Shown here piece after piece: positions 28,594 to 39,492 of a stretch of DNA of 64,000 nucleotides (position 1 is its first letter; each line of letters opens with the position of its first letter). The notes beneath the pieces are model-generated. The model saw only the letters and a list, made by a program, of their open reading frames with translations. It was not told the DNA's origin and searched no databases. The DNA comes from Schmidtea polychroa (lineage: Eukaryota), in contig CM097885.1 of assembly GCA_044892525.1 (NCBI GenBank), positions 8,496,001 through 8,560,000 on the forward strand, written 5' to 3'. The position numbers and the translations under genes were made by a program.

Positions 28594-29122
28594 TGTTACG
28601 GTGAAAGTAGATATTGTGGCAAATGTACACATTTTCCGGTAAATGTGCACATTAGCCTCCTCATTTGGGTAATGTGCATTCAACTAACATTTACAATTTC
28701 AAATAAGGGAAATGTACATTGAATTTTCGGTTCTTGTTTGATATATCAATAAAGACCATATACTCCGAGTTTATCCGACAATATATTCTGTCCCCCTATG
28801 GGTATTGCTGGCAAGGGTACATGTTGCGACATGTTGAATGTGACCAGTACCCTTGCTAGCAATACCCATAGGGGGACAGAATATATTGTCGGATAAACTC
28901 GGAGTATATGGTCTTTATTGATATATCAAAATACTCTTATTTATAAATTAACTAAAACATTGGATATTTATATATTTAATTTTAATTTAATTTTAAGTGG
29001 GGGGAAATATCAAACAAGAACATACATATACATTATATTCAGTTCACTTATACCTAACGTTTTGGGAAATGTACACATTTTACGGTAAAAGTGTACATTT
29101 CCCAAGATTGTACATTTACCGA

Positions 29123-29126
<4 letters not shown>
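28594..29126. mobile_element. Non-autonomous TGT...ACA element (Ginger-like termini) containing a long hairpin
   Basis: Imperfect TIR TGTTACGGTGAAAGT versus TGTTTCGGTAAATGT, subterminal AAATGTACACATTTT motifs at both ends, flanks CATA and TATA. Confidence 0.55.
28737..28930. repeat. Inverted repeat: 84-bp arms, one mismatch, 26-nt spacer
   Basis: 28737..28820 is the reverse complement of 28847..28930. Confidence 0.97.

Positions 29127-29206
<80 letters not shown>
29127..29206. repeat. (TA)n microsatellite
   Basis: About 40 TA units. Confidence 0.98.
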
Positions 29207-29210
<4 letters not shown>

Positions 29211-29262
29211 TAAATATGTGATTTTAATTTTTATAAATATCATTGACCATATTTGTAACTCA

Positions 29263-30090
29263 TTATACTGTTTTGGACATTGTATATTCCCCTGGTATAT
29301 ATTTATCCAAATGAAAATGCCCTGGTACACTTCTGACCAGTCGGTGCCGATACCGCTGTCTTTTCCATTTGTACTTTTTATAAACTTGCACACTAGTAAC
29401 AATTGCCAAAATTGCGAATGCTAACACACTTGTGGCTATTACGTAAAAAGGCCATTGTGGCTTACTTGCTTTCTTTTGAAAAACTTGTAATTCATTCCAG
29501 TTATTTATAATTATCGGTTTTCCTGTAGGTAATTTTATCAGTTTCCTATCTGACTGTCTTGGATTTTTCATTATCTATTTGTCTAACAGCTTTAAGTGTC
29601 GTTTTTCTATATATATTCGTTATCGTTTGTGATAATGGTTGTGTGGATATTGAATCTATAGTCATAGTTGTTATGCTGGTTGTTGATATATTTTTCCCTA
29701 TTAGTATTTTTACTCTAGGTCTGTTTATTGTGGTAGTTTTTATTCTCTTGCACCTTATCTGTGATGTGTCAATTAAGGTATTCCATTGTGCACAGAGTGT
29801 GTAATTAGTGTTAGGTTTTAGACATATGAATTCAACACTATCTCCTCTTTCAAATTCATCAGTTGATCTATTCTCAATTTTTCTCATAAGTTTAGGTATA
29901 TTGTCCCTAGTTTCTAGATATAAGTCTCTTATTGGTGATCTATTTAGGTTATATACTTTAATCTTATACGGTGAAATGTTGATTAGAATATCTTCAGCCA
30001 TGTGTTCTACTGAGTGTATGTTTTCATTGTTTATTTCTGTTGATCTACACAACCCTATAATTATTAGAAATGTCGTTGCCATCATTAGTG
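29263..30090 (-). pseudogene. Post-integrase type I membrane module: signal peptide, FN3-like domain, Thr-rich stalk, TM, basic tail (one frameshift at ~29560)
   Basis: MMATTFLIIIGLCRS, then LKPNTNYTLCAQW (FN3 LxPxTxYxV motif), TTSITTMTIDSISTQ, and WPFYVIATSVLAFAILAIVTSVQVY followed by KKYKWKRQR. Confidence 0.6.
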
Positions 30091-31223
30091 CTTTTTGTGA
30101 TCGTAATCCATATTTGTGAGGTGGTTTTTCTACTAACTCTGTTTCTGCTAATTTGTATCTATTAACATGTACTATTATAGGATCTTCATTTTTATGTTTT
30201 TGTAGATGCAGGTTTTCATGTACTACTTTTACTACTTCGTATGGTCCTTTAAATGGTCTTGCTAATTTAGTTGTTTTGCCTTTACCTACTTGTGGAGACA
30301 TAAGTCTTACCTTATTTCCCACTTTAAAATTATGAGGTTTGCTATTTTTATCGTAATCTGCCTTATATTGTTCTTGTCTAAATTTAACCTTTAAATTTGC
30401 AACTTTATATACCTCTTGTCCTCTCTCTTGCATTAATGTTACATAATCTGGCGCATCTAAATATTGTGATACTCGAGGCTCAAAAATTGTATCAATCGGT
30501 GTCGCAGGCTCTCTTAAGAACATTAGAAAATATGGTGAATATCCCGTTGTCTCATTGGGTGTGATATTATGAATGTATGTGCATTGATTAACGTATTCAT
30601 CCCAATCATTTTGATTTTTTCGCACAAACACTTAGCAATGTCCTATTGAATCTTTCTACTAACCCATCAGTTTGAGGGTGGTATGCTGTTGTGTTTATTT
30701 TATGCATGTTAAATATATTAGCTACTCTTTTTATAATTTCACTCATGAAATTTTTCCCTTTATCTGTTAATAGTTTTCTCGGTGTACCGATTTTAAAGAT
30801 TATTTTTTCTACAAGTAATTTAGCTACTCTTTCTGCTGTTTCATCTTTAGTAGGAAATGCCTCTGCCCATTTTGTAAAGTAATCGCTAAAAACTAGTATG
30901 TGTTTATTCCCATTAATTGTTGTGGGTAATTTACACAAAAAATCCATTGGTGATGTTGTAGCTGGGATTGGATGTAAAGGTGCTTTAGTTTTTGTTCCTG
31001 TATTTTTTCTAGTTGCGCATATTGTGCATGCATTACACCATCTCTTAACATCCTTTTTCAAATCGTCCCAGTAATATTTTTGCATCAATCTGCTTGCTGT
31101 TTTCCTACTTGATAAATGACCTCCTAGAGCACCATCGTGATATTGTAATAGAAGAATTTGCCTTAATCTCTGTGGTACTGCTATTAATTGTTTACCGCTA
31201 AAATCTTCAATAACAACTAACAT
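30091..31223 (-). pseudogene. Gypsy integrase (HHCC zinc finger, DDE core, GPY/F); frameshift at ~30620
   Basis: YHDGALGGH...CNACTIC, then MDFL...SDYFTKWAEAFP...TDKGKNF...YHPQTDGLVERFNRTL, then TTGYSPYFLMF and RPFKGPYEV. Confidence 0.95.
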
Positions 31224-31325
31224 TTTACAGATTTTATACTTTTGGTTAGTTCCTTTTTTATTTCTTCTCTAATCTTGAAGAGTTCTGGGTCTTTCATTTG
31301 TTACTCATATATTTCTATTGGTTTT

Positions 31326-33746
31326 TCAGTTACTAATGCAAAAAACTTCTAGTGCTCCTAACTCTGGAATTCGTGATAATGCATCTGCATTCCTGTTTAT
31401 TCTACCTGGTTTGTATACAATCTTTATGTGCATGTCTTGTATTTTCATTGCCCACTTTAACAGTCTACGGGATGTATCTTTATGTTTCCATAACACTTCT
31501 AATGGCTTATGGTCTGTTCGAATTACTACTTCAGTTCCATATATGTATGGTTTAAATTGTTTTAATGCAAAAACTATAGCATAACATTCCTTCTCAATTG
31601 TTGAGTACCTAATTTGTGCTCCTTTTAATGTTTTGCTTGCATAAGCTATTATATAATCTTTACCCTTTTCCTCTTCTTGTCCTAAGACTGCCCCTACGGA
31701 CTTCCCGCTGGCGTCTGTCATGACAATAAACTGTTTTTTAAAATCTGGGTACCTTAGTATCGGTGCTGTTATTAATTTTTCTTTTAGTTGGTCAAAAGCT
31801 TTTTGATGTTCATCTTTCCATTTCTTTTGTGGCTTGTTAATTTTATTATTAATATCCTGCACTATTAACACTCCTTTACTTTCTCCCTTTGTTTTAACTC
31901 CTTTAGTTAATTCGATTAGTGGTGCTGCTATTTTTGCATAATCTTGTATAAATTTACGATAATATCCTGTAAGACCTTGTTGTAATGTTTTTGGAACTGG
32001 AAATTTTTTAACTACTTCAATTTTATCGGGATTAGGTATTATACCATCTACTGTAACTATATGTCCTAAAAATAATGCTGAAGGTTCTGCCCATTTACAT
32101 TTAGTGGGTTTTTTTTTAATTCTCGCTTTTCTCAGTCTTTGTAATACATTTGCTATGTCTTTTAAGTGTTCCTCAAATGTTTTTGACGATATTAATATGT
32201 CATCCATATACACTGCGCAATGTTGTACATCTACTAATACTGTATTTATTAAACGTTGAAATGTTGCTGGCGCATTAGTTAACCCAAAAGGTAATCTTGT
32301 ATATTCATGTAAACCGTCCTCAATCACAAAAGCAGTTTTTTCCGCATCCCCTTCTTCCATTTGAATTTGCATGTAGCCTTTATTTGCATCTATTACTGTG
32401 AAATACTTAGTATCCCTAAGTTTATCATATTGTTCTTGTGCTCTCGGGAATGGGTAAGAATCTTTTACTGTTACGTCATTTAATTTACGATAATCAATGC
32501 ACATTCGAATTTCCCCATCTTTCTTTCTAACTGGTACAATAGGTGATGCCCATTGTGAAAAACTTTGTTTTATTACGCCTGCCTCTTTTAATTCTCTAAT
32601 TTGTCGCTTTATCTCTTTCCTCAGTTTATATGGTACACTATAGGATCTCTGTTTTATTGGTCTAGCATTCCCAGTATCAATTACATGTTTGATAATATCA
32701 GTATCTCCTAAATCAAATTCGTGTTTTGCAAAAACATCACTATATTCGTCAAGTAATATTTGTAGTTGTAGTTGTTGTGTTTCGTTTAGATAATTATTAT
32801 TTATTTTAATTTTATCATAAAATTTAATATTATTCGCTCTACTCTGTTCGACCATTCCTTCACTGACATCACTCGTCATCGACATCTCACATACTTCAAA
32901 TGTTTGCTCTAATTCACCTTTGAACAACTTTCCCAATTTTGTACCTTTATGAATTTTTACTTTATTCCTTTCGTAATTCGCGATTCTTATTGGAATTATC
33001 CCATTATTTGGAACTACACACTCGTCTGTTAACATTACATTATGATTTCGTGATATTGCCGTTTCAGGCTCGAAAATGAAAGTGTCCTCACTTTTAACAT
33101 TAACTTTTACTGGAATTATATGATCACTTTGATATTCTAATTCGAATGTCTCTAATGCAATTACCTCAGTAAATCTTGCGTCTTGATATATTGCTTTCCG
33201 TTTAACTGTACTATCCGTTAAATCGATTACACAGTTTCTTAACCTTCTTAGTATGTCCATCCCAAGGACGCACACGCATTTACATTCTGCTACTACCTTG
33301 AAGACATGTTCAACCACTTGATCTGAAAAGTGGACTGTTAATTCGATATCGCCTTTCAATGGTATGTAATGTGATGATAATGAAATTACTCTATCTCTTG
33401 TACTCACGATATTTTTCTTTTGATTTTCTGTTAACTGATCTTCACGAATCATAGAAGCTGCTGCTCCTGTGTCACATAATGCCTTTATTATCGTATTATT
33501 TATCACTATTTTTAGCTTAGGCCTTGCTTCATTTAACCTTTTTAATAAATCGTCAAGTTCTAACCCGTAACATCCATAAGTTTTCCTTGGAACACAATGA
33601 CAATTACCATTTTCACCTGGGATTCTAATTTCAATATTATTTCTCAATTCTGTCAATTGTTCTCTTTGATTATCATATAACCCAATATGTGGTTGCTCAA
33701 TATTTTCAGATCTGTTTGTGTCGTCCTCTTTCTCATTGGTGATCAT
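31326..33746 (-). CDS. pol: Gypsy Pol: aspartic protease, reverse transcriptase, RNase H
   Basis: LCDTGAAAS; WASPIVPVRKKDGEIRMCIDYRKLN; RLPFGLTNAPATFQR; YMDDILI; TDASG; YSTIEKECYA; TDHKPL; NADALSR. Confidence 0.97.
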   Translation of the reverse strand: MITNEKEDDTNRSENIEQPHIGLYDNQREQLTELRNNIEIRIPGENGNCHCVPRKTYGCYGLELDDLLKRLNEARPKLKIVINNTIIKALCDTGAAASMIREDQLTENQKKNIVSTRDRVISLSSHYIPLKGDIELTVHFSDQVVEHVFKVVAECKCVCVLGMDILRRLRNCVIDLTDSTVKRKAIYQDARFTEVIALETFELEYQSDHIIPVKVNVKSEDTFIFEPETAISRNHNVMLTDECVVPNNGIIPIRIANYERNKVKIHKGTKLGKLFKGELEQTFEVCEMSMTSDVSEGMVEQSRANNIKFYDKIKINNNYLNETQQLQLQILLDEYSDVFAKHEFDLGDTDIIKHVIDTGNARPIKQRSYSVPYKLRKEIKRQIRELKEAGVIKQSFSQWASPIVPVRKKDGEIRMCIDYRKLNDVTVKDSYPFPRAQEQYDKLRDTKYFTVIDANKGYMQIQMEEGDAEKTAFVIEDGLHEYTRLPFGLTNAPATFQRLINTVLVDVQHCAVYMDDILISSKTFEEHLKDIANVLQRLRKARIKKKPTKCKWAEPSALFLGHIVTVDGIIPNPDKIEVVKKFPVPKTLQQGLTGYYRKFIQDYAKIAAPLIELTKGVKTKGESKGVLIVQDINNKINKPQKKWKDEHQKAFDQLKEKLITAPILRYPDFKKQFIVMTDASGKSVGAVLGQEEEKGKDYIIAYASKTLKGAQIRYSTIEKECYAIVFALKQFKPYIYGTEVVIRTDHKPLEVLWKHKDTSRRLLKWAMKIQDMHIKIVYKPGRINRNADALSRIPELGALEVFCISN

Positions 33747-33755
33747 TATTTCACC

Positions 33756-35670
33756 CTATTCCCTTCGACTTTTCATCCGTTTGATTTCTTTATCGTGCTT
33801 CGCAGTGATCAAATATTTGGCTATGAATGGACATAAACATGCTATCATTTTATATGAATTACCAAAAACTTGTCTTAGTTGTCTTAACGAAACTAATGAT
33901 GAGCAAATCATTTTCAATAGTGCTACTGTATAATATATACCCAATATAGTGGAAAACGTATTTCCGAGAATCGCAAAATATCCCCATATGCTGTATAATG
34001 CTCTATACACAACTTTCTTGAAGTGCTCTTTTGATAATAATACATCAAAGTTGTAATTCCCTCCATAACTATTCTCGATGATTTTATTTACCATAATAGA
34101 AAGAACCTTTTCTTTTACATGAGGAAACAACATATGTTTTCTGGCGCTCTCTATCGCCTCTCTCGTATACATCCCATTGTTATCCATTTCGTTAACTTCC
34201 TGAAATTCTAACTTTTTCTCCAGTTCAGTTAATTCTAGTTTTTGTGGTTTAGTCGCTTCTTTTCTATCTGACATTGTAATCCACATATCATCATTTATTT
34301 TGTATAACGGATCTAATAGATTAGTACATTTATCAATTTTTGTCGGAACATAGTCTTTATCTGTTAATATCCTTGTTATTGGTTGGAGGTATACAGTTTC
34401 CCCTTTATACACTACTGGTAACTCGTTTGTGCACTTATTATTCGTTGCTAAAGATACGCTAACCGGTTTACACTGAAATGTTTGTATCACTTCACCGACA
34501 AATCTTGCAAATGTCCCTTTCTCTGCAAATAAAATTGGTGCCATTAAATCTGGGTTTGTGACTGCAACCGCCATCTTTGTTCTAAATATTTCTCTATTAA
34601 GTTTACAGTCGTTTGCAATAGTTGCTTGGTATACTTTGTCTAATTGTACTAACTGATGATGATAAAAATAGTGGATTTTATTATTAAAATATGACGCTAG
34701 CTTGACATCGAATTTGTCTATTTTCGATTTTGCCTCTTTAATTTCACTTCCGCTGATATAAATTCCTTCATAATTTGTTTGTATGACTGCTTTTCCACAT
34801 TTAATACTTTCACCTTTTCCCACAAATCTCATCGCTTCTGTTTCAGAATCTGACATGTATAATATACATTGTATATTGTTGGTGTATCTCTCTCTTGAAT
34901 TATCGTTGCTCGTCGTTTTTGGTCTTTGATGTTCTTGGATTCTACATCCGTGAACTGTGTACCTCGAATTGTTCTGAATTTCAGTGTCTTTAGTTTAGTT
35001 AAATGGCATTCATATTGGTTTACTTTGTATATGATCATTGACTTGCCTGTATCACAGCTTGTCTCATCTAATGTACAGAACTTATGTGTCATCACTTTCT
35101 TTGATGAACTATCAAACGACGCCTTGAATTTCCTTAATTCAATATAATATTGTCTTCTCACTACAATATTGTCTGCCACATGCCCCCATATTTTATACGT
35201 TCCTCCTTCACAATATCCTCCCGTTGATGACCATCTAACGACATTTACTAATTGCCTTACTCGTGCTCCTACCTGAGCATTTAACTCAAATCCATCCGGC
35301 GTTTTTATCTTTTTTGTTTTAAATGCATTTTCACATTCGATTGGTGCTATTATTATCGCTTCTGGTGCCCATGTTGGAGTTAATATTGTTCTTCCTATTT
35401 TATTACACACAAAACTTTCCTCTGAATATTTAACGATACATTCTCCTGCTTCAGTGTGAATGAAGTCAGACTCTTGATATATGTGAAAAATCTTTGGATC
35501 TGCCACAATTAATTTTGTTGGATTAGCCTCTGGGCAATTTTCTACATCTAGTAATCAATATTTCTGTCCCCACTTGGGATTCTGACAGTCGTACGCTATG
35601 ATCGCATTATTTCCTTTTATCAGATCTAACAATAACGTTATTACTATAATTACTATTGACATTGTCGACT
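33756..35670 (-). pseudogene. env: Chuvirus/gB-type (class III) envelope glycoprotein lying upstream of pol; in-frame stop at 35555 and frameshift at ~34850
   Basis: Signal peptide IVIIVITLLLDLIKGNNA, then IIAYDC..., Y*LLDVENCP, GYCEGGTY, GEVIQTFQCKPVSV...CTNELPV.Y.G..VYLQPITRIL, and the TM region WGYFAILGNTFSTILGIYYTVALLK...QVFGNS. This is the motif order of chuvirus-like glycoproteins. Confidence 0.85.
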
Positions 35671-35789
35671 TTCTTTCTTTTTGACTTGGTTTCTTAGTTG
35701 TTTTATTTACTAGATTTTTTACTGTCTCCTCCGTGTCATCTATTTCTACATTAATATTATCTTCTACGCTTTCCTTAGCACTTTCGATT

Positions 35790-36437
35790 AGGCTCTCATC
35801 ATACAGTATTTTCCATCCTCCCTTTAATTTCATCCATAGCATAGCATCTATCTTTAGTTTATTATATATCATTTTAGCAATATTTTCTGTTTGATTCTTT
35901 GGATTCATTCGCAAAAGTTTCTTGTATCTTGCTATTAAATATGCCATTGACGTAATCACTTTATCCCGATTGACTCCTGTTGTCAGGCCCGGCGTGAGGC
36001 GGGTACGATGCGTGATTTTCACGCAGGCGCCACGGCGGAAAAATACAAAGGCGGCAAAATTGTACAGAAATTTGTTATTTTCATAACAATTTCCATTCTA
36101 TTGTTTAATAACTAGTCCAATTTGAACAATATTATTCCATCTGTGAAAAATATTTATGCATTTATCGTTTTTTTTACTCTTATTATGGAATGCGAAGGCG
36201 GTAATATGCAATTTTCACACATCATCTGAAACTCTAGCGCCGGTGTTGCCTGTTATGAATAATATGTTTAACACTGTCCCTTCATTTGCTTCCTCTGCAC
36301 TCAATTCTCTAGTCTCTTTCTCCATTAATTAAATCTTTTTAACTATATTTTCTATTAACGCTGATGGTTTTGCTTCCGGAAATCGTCTCATGTTCATTGC
36401 TTTAATTAACTCTGTTATCATATTTATATCTTTATCA
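35790..36437 (-). pseudogene. Bcl-2-like domain in the retroelement polyprotein, split by a MITE
   Basis: After removing 35984..36248 and one TSD: VLNILFITGVNRDKVITSMAY...ENIAKMIYNKLKIDAMLWMKLKGGWKIL, aligning without gaps to the Bcl-2 BH1-BH2 span. Confidence 0.65.
35984..36248. mobile_element. hAT MITE inserted into the Gypsy ORF
   Basis: Imperfect TIR CAGGCCCGGCG / CGCCGGTGTTG, 8-bp TSD CCTGTTGT / CCTGTTAT. The reading frame is restored on removal. Confidence 0.85.
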
Positions 36438-37200
36438 TCATCCTGACTTTTTTGGAACTTCCTGTCTCATATTATTTGCAATATTTCTTAAACGTTCTGC
36501 TGTCTTTCTGTCATCTGACTTTTCAGCTATTTCAGATTTTCGAGGCCTCCCTCTACCTCGTCTCATCGTCTCTGCATCCTGCATATTTGCTAGTTTCGCT
36601 ATTTTTTCTATTGTCTCATGTAAATTGTCATATTTAGTATCGATAGGTTTAAAGATTTCATCGCTAACTGTTGGTGACTTCATTGCCCCTCCTGAAGAAG
36701 CATCCCATACTCTAAATAATTTATCATAGTCATTTTCGTCGTTTATACTCAATTCTACAGATGGAATTGATGTATCAATTTCATTACTTTCTTGCCTTTC
36801 TATTACGGCAGAAATCATATTGTTCTCAATGACGTTTACCCCATAGTCGATTATATATTCGTTATTCATCATTTTTACACCGTTAAAATACAGTTTCACT
36901 TTATCATTATCTCCCAATTTCTCGGGCCAATTAGCTCTGGCCATCTGTTTCACTTTATTCACTTTTGTGCAAACATGTACCCCTGTACTACGCATAAGTG
37001 TTCTCAAAAGGTCCTTTGCCTCAATAGTTATATTCAATGACTCATGTAATTTCTGATTTTTTCTCACAAATTCACCATAACATTTTATCATTTCTTTCAA
37101 TTTTATTTCTAATTCAAATACTCTTGTCTTTTTACCATTAATGGTATCAAATTTCTCAAAAATTCTAAGTCAATTCCTTCGACTTGAACTTTATTCATTA
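36438..37200 (-). pseudogene. N-terminal part of the retroelement polyprotein, function unknown; contains an AT-hook-like RRGRGRPRK
   Basis: 220-aa ORF colinear with the rest and joined to the Bcl-2-like part by a frameshift in an A run at ~36450. No gag capsid or CCHC motif recognised. Confidence 0.55.
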
Positions 37201-37299
37201 TACGCAATGTCTCATTATAATTAAAGTTATGATAGGTGTTTAATAATAATAACAATATCAATAATGATAAACGGCAAATGTACCTTGATATCTTTATAA

Positions 37300-39125
37300 A
37301 ATTATAGCTTGGGGGTCATGTAGGAATTTTAAGAGTTATCATTTTAAAATCACATAAAAATCTGAATTAGTGAAATTATTGATAAATATATAATTTTAGG
37401 GGGGGGGGGTCACATATACACACACATATATATACATACATATATATACATATATAAGTAGTCTATATTAGTGTAATTATTGATAAATATATAATTTGAG
37501 GGGAGTAATTTGGGAAATTTAAGAATTATAATTTTAAAATCAATATATATATTTAAGTAGTCTGTATTAGTGTAATTATTGATAAATATATAATTTGAGG
37601 GGGGTCATTTAGGAAATTTACAATTTATATTTTTAAATATAATATAAGTTGAATATATATTAAGTTAACCTAATCTACCATACTTAGATAATGATTAATG
37701 ACTATGATTTTGAGGGGGGTCATTCATAAAAATTTACAATTTACATTTTTTAAATAAAATATAAGTTAAATATATATTAAGATAAGCTAATTTAGTATAT
37801 TTAGGAGGTGTTGATGACTATATGGTTTATGGGGGGGGGTCTTTGATGAAAATTTTCAATTATAATTTACCGGTAATCTAATTTAAGTATATATATATAA
37901 AATAATCTAAATTAATGGTTTTAGGTAGCGGTTAATGGTTATATGAATTGAGAGGGTTATTTATGAAAAAATTTCTAAATTTCTATTGTAAAGGTAATGT
38001 AAGTTAAATATACATGTAAAATAGTCTAAATTACTACATTTAGATAATAATTAATGGTTATGTGCTGTGAGGGGTTATTTAATTTGATAACTGTAAATAT
38101 ATAAGTTAATTAATTACTATATGTATTGTTCTCGATTAATGTATAGTTTGAGGGGATTACTTATGAAAAAATGTAAGTTATTCTTTTCCGAATTTCAAAT
38201 ATACATATATAAGTTAGATTATGAATCTGAACATTTCTTTCGACGATTACGTAACTTTGGGGGTCGTTTATGAAATATTTACAACTTATTATGAGGTTAT
38301 AGATTATATTTTTTATCGCTAACGTAGTTTATATTTTATAATTTATGGCCAAATTAAGATTATAATTTATACTCTTACAGCTAATACAAGTTTATAATTT
38401 ATATTTTTATGAAATTAAATTTATTGTTTATATTTTTACAACTAATATAATTTTATAATTTATACTTTTAAGTTTATAATTTATATTTTTATGAAATTAA
38501 GATTATAATTTGTACTTTTATAATTAACTTAGAGTTATAATTTATAATTCTATAATCAATATAAGTTTATAATTTATATTTTTATGAAATTAAGATTATA
38601 ATTTGTACTTTTATAATTAACTTAGAGTTATAATTTATAATTCTATAATCAATATAAGTTCATGATTTATATTTTGAAGAAATTGAGATTATAATTTATA
38701 CTTTTATCAACTTTTAATAAACTTAGAGTTATAATTTATAATTTATAGTCAATATAAATTTGTAATTTATATTTTTAGGAAATTAAATTTATAATTTATA
38801 CTTTTATAACTAATTATAATTTATATTTTTATGAAATTAAGATTATCATTTATACTTTTATAATTAACTTAGAGTTATAATTTATAATTTTACAGTCAAT
38901 ATAAATTTGTAATTTATATTTTTAAAAACTTAAATTTATAATTTATACTTTTATAACTAATTATAATTTATATTTTTATGAAATTAGGATTACAATTTCT
39001 GCTTTTATAATTAACTTAGAGTCATAATTTATAATTCTATAATCAATATAAGTTCATAAATTATATTTTGAAGAAATTAAATCTATAAATATAATTCTAT
39101 AAATATAATAATTTTATGAAATTGA
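37300..39125. repeat. AT-rich tandem arrays (diverged units with G runs, then a ~27-bp TTATAATTTATA minisatellite)
   Basis: TTTGAGGGGG motifs recur over 37300-38270. TTATAATTTATA(T/C)TTTTAT units run over 38330-39125. Confidence 0.8.
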
Positions 39126-39457
39126 GATTATCATTTATTTTTATGGGTTTACAATTTTTATTTTTCATAGTTAGTTTAGAGTCTATTCAATTTAAAATCC
39201 AAGTCTTGCCGATACGCATGTCGAACACCTTTATGAATACTACCACTGTTAATTCAATCATTTTAAAAAATCTTTACTTTACACTATTACTAGAAAATTT
39301 ATTTAATACATTTATAAATCTAGATGCGACAAACTTATAGGTAGAGTTGGTTCTTGATGATATTTAACCGTCTACATTAATTGTGATTTGAGTATGGAGC
39401 TTTACTCCGTTTATCATACATAGGGTAATGTATTAGTGTTGATTTTTAGTGTGTACG

Positions 39458-39492
<35 letters not shown>

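Larger units (their letters stand above)
25690..37200 (-). mobile_element. Large decayed Ty3/Gypsy LTR retroelement carrying an envelope gene and accessory genes; 5' LTR not found
   Basis: Colinear minus-strand ORFs with PR-RT-RH-IN in Gypsy order. An LTR-like end ...CCTCAACA lies at 25690. Confidence 0.88.

Noticed and set aside
33747..33758. Programmed stop-codon readthrough between env and pol
   Set aside because: This copy has several other clearly mutational in-frame stops, so one TAG cannot be taken as programmed without a family consensus.
26692..35147. Plus-strand ORFs over the Gypsy element (and minus-strand ORFs over pPolB and FAAH)
   Set aside because: Antisense shadows of real coding frames, with no motifs of their own.
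37457..37562. AGTAGT motifs as the left Polinton terminus
   Set aside because: The following sequence does not match the right TIR and the CCAGTT TSD is absent.
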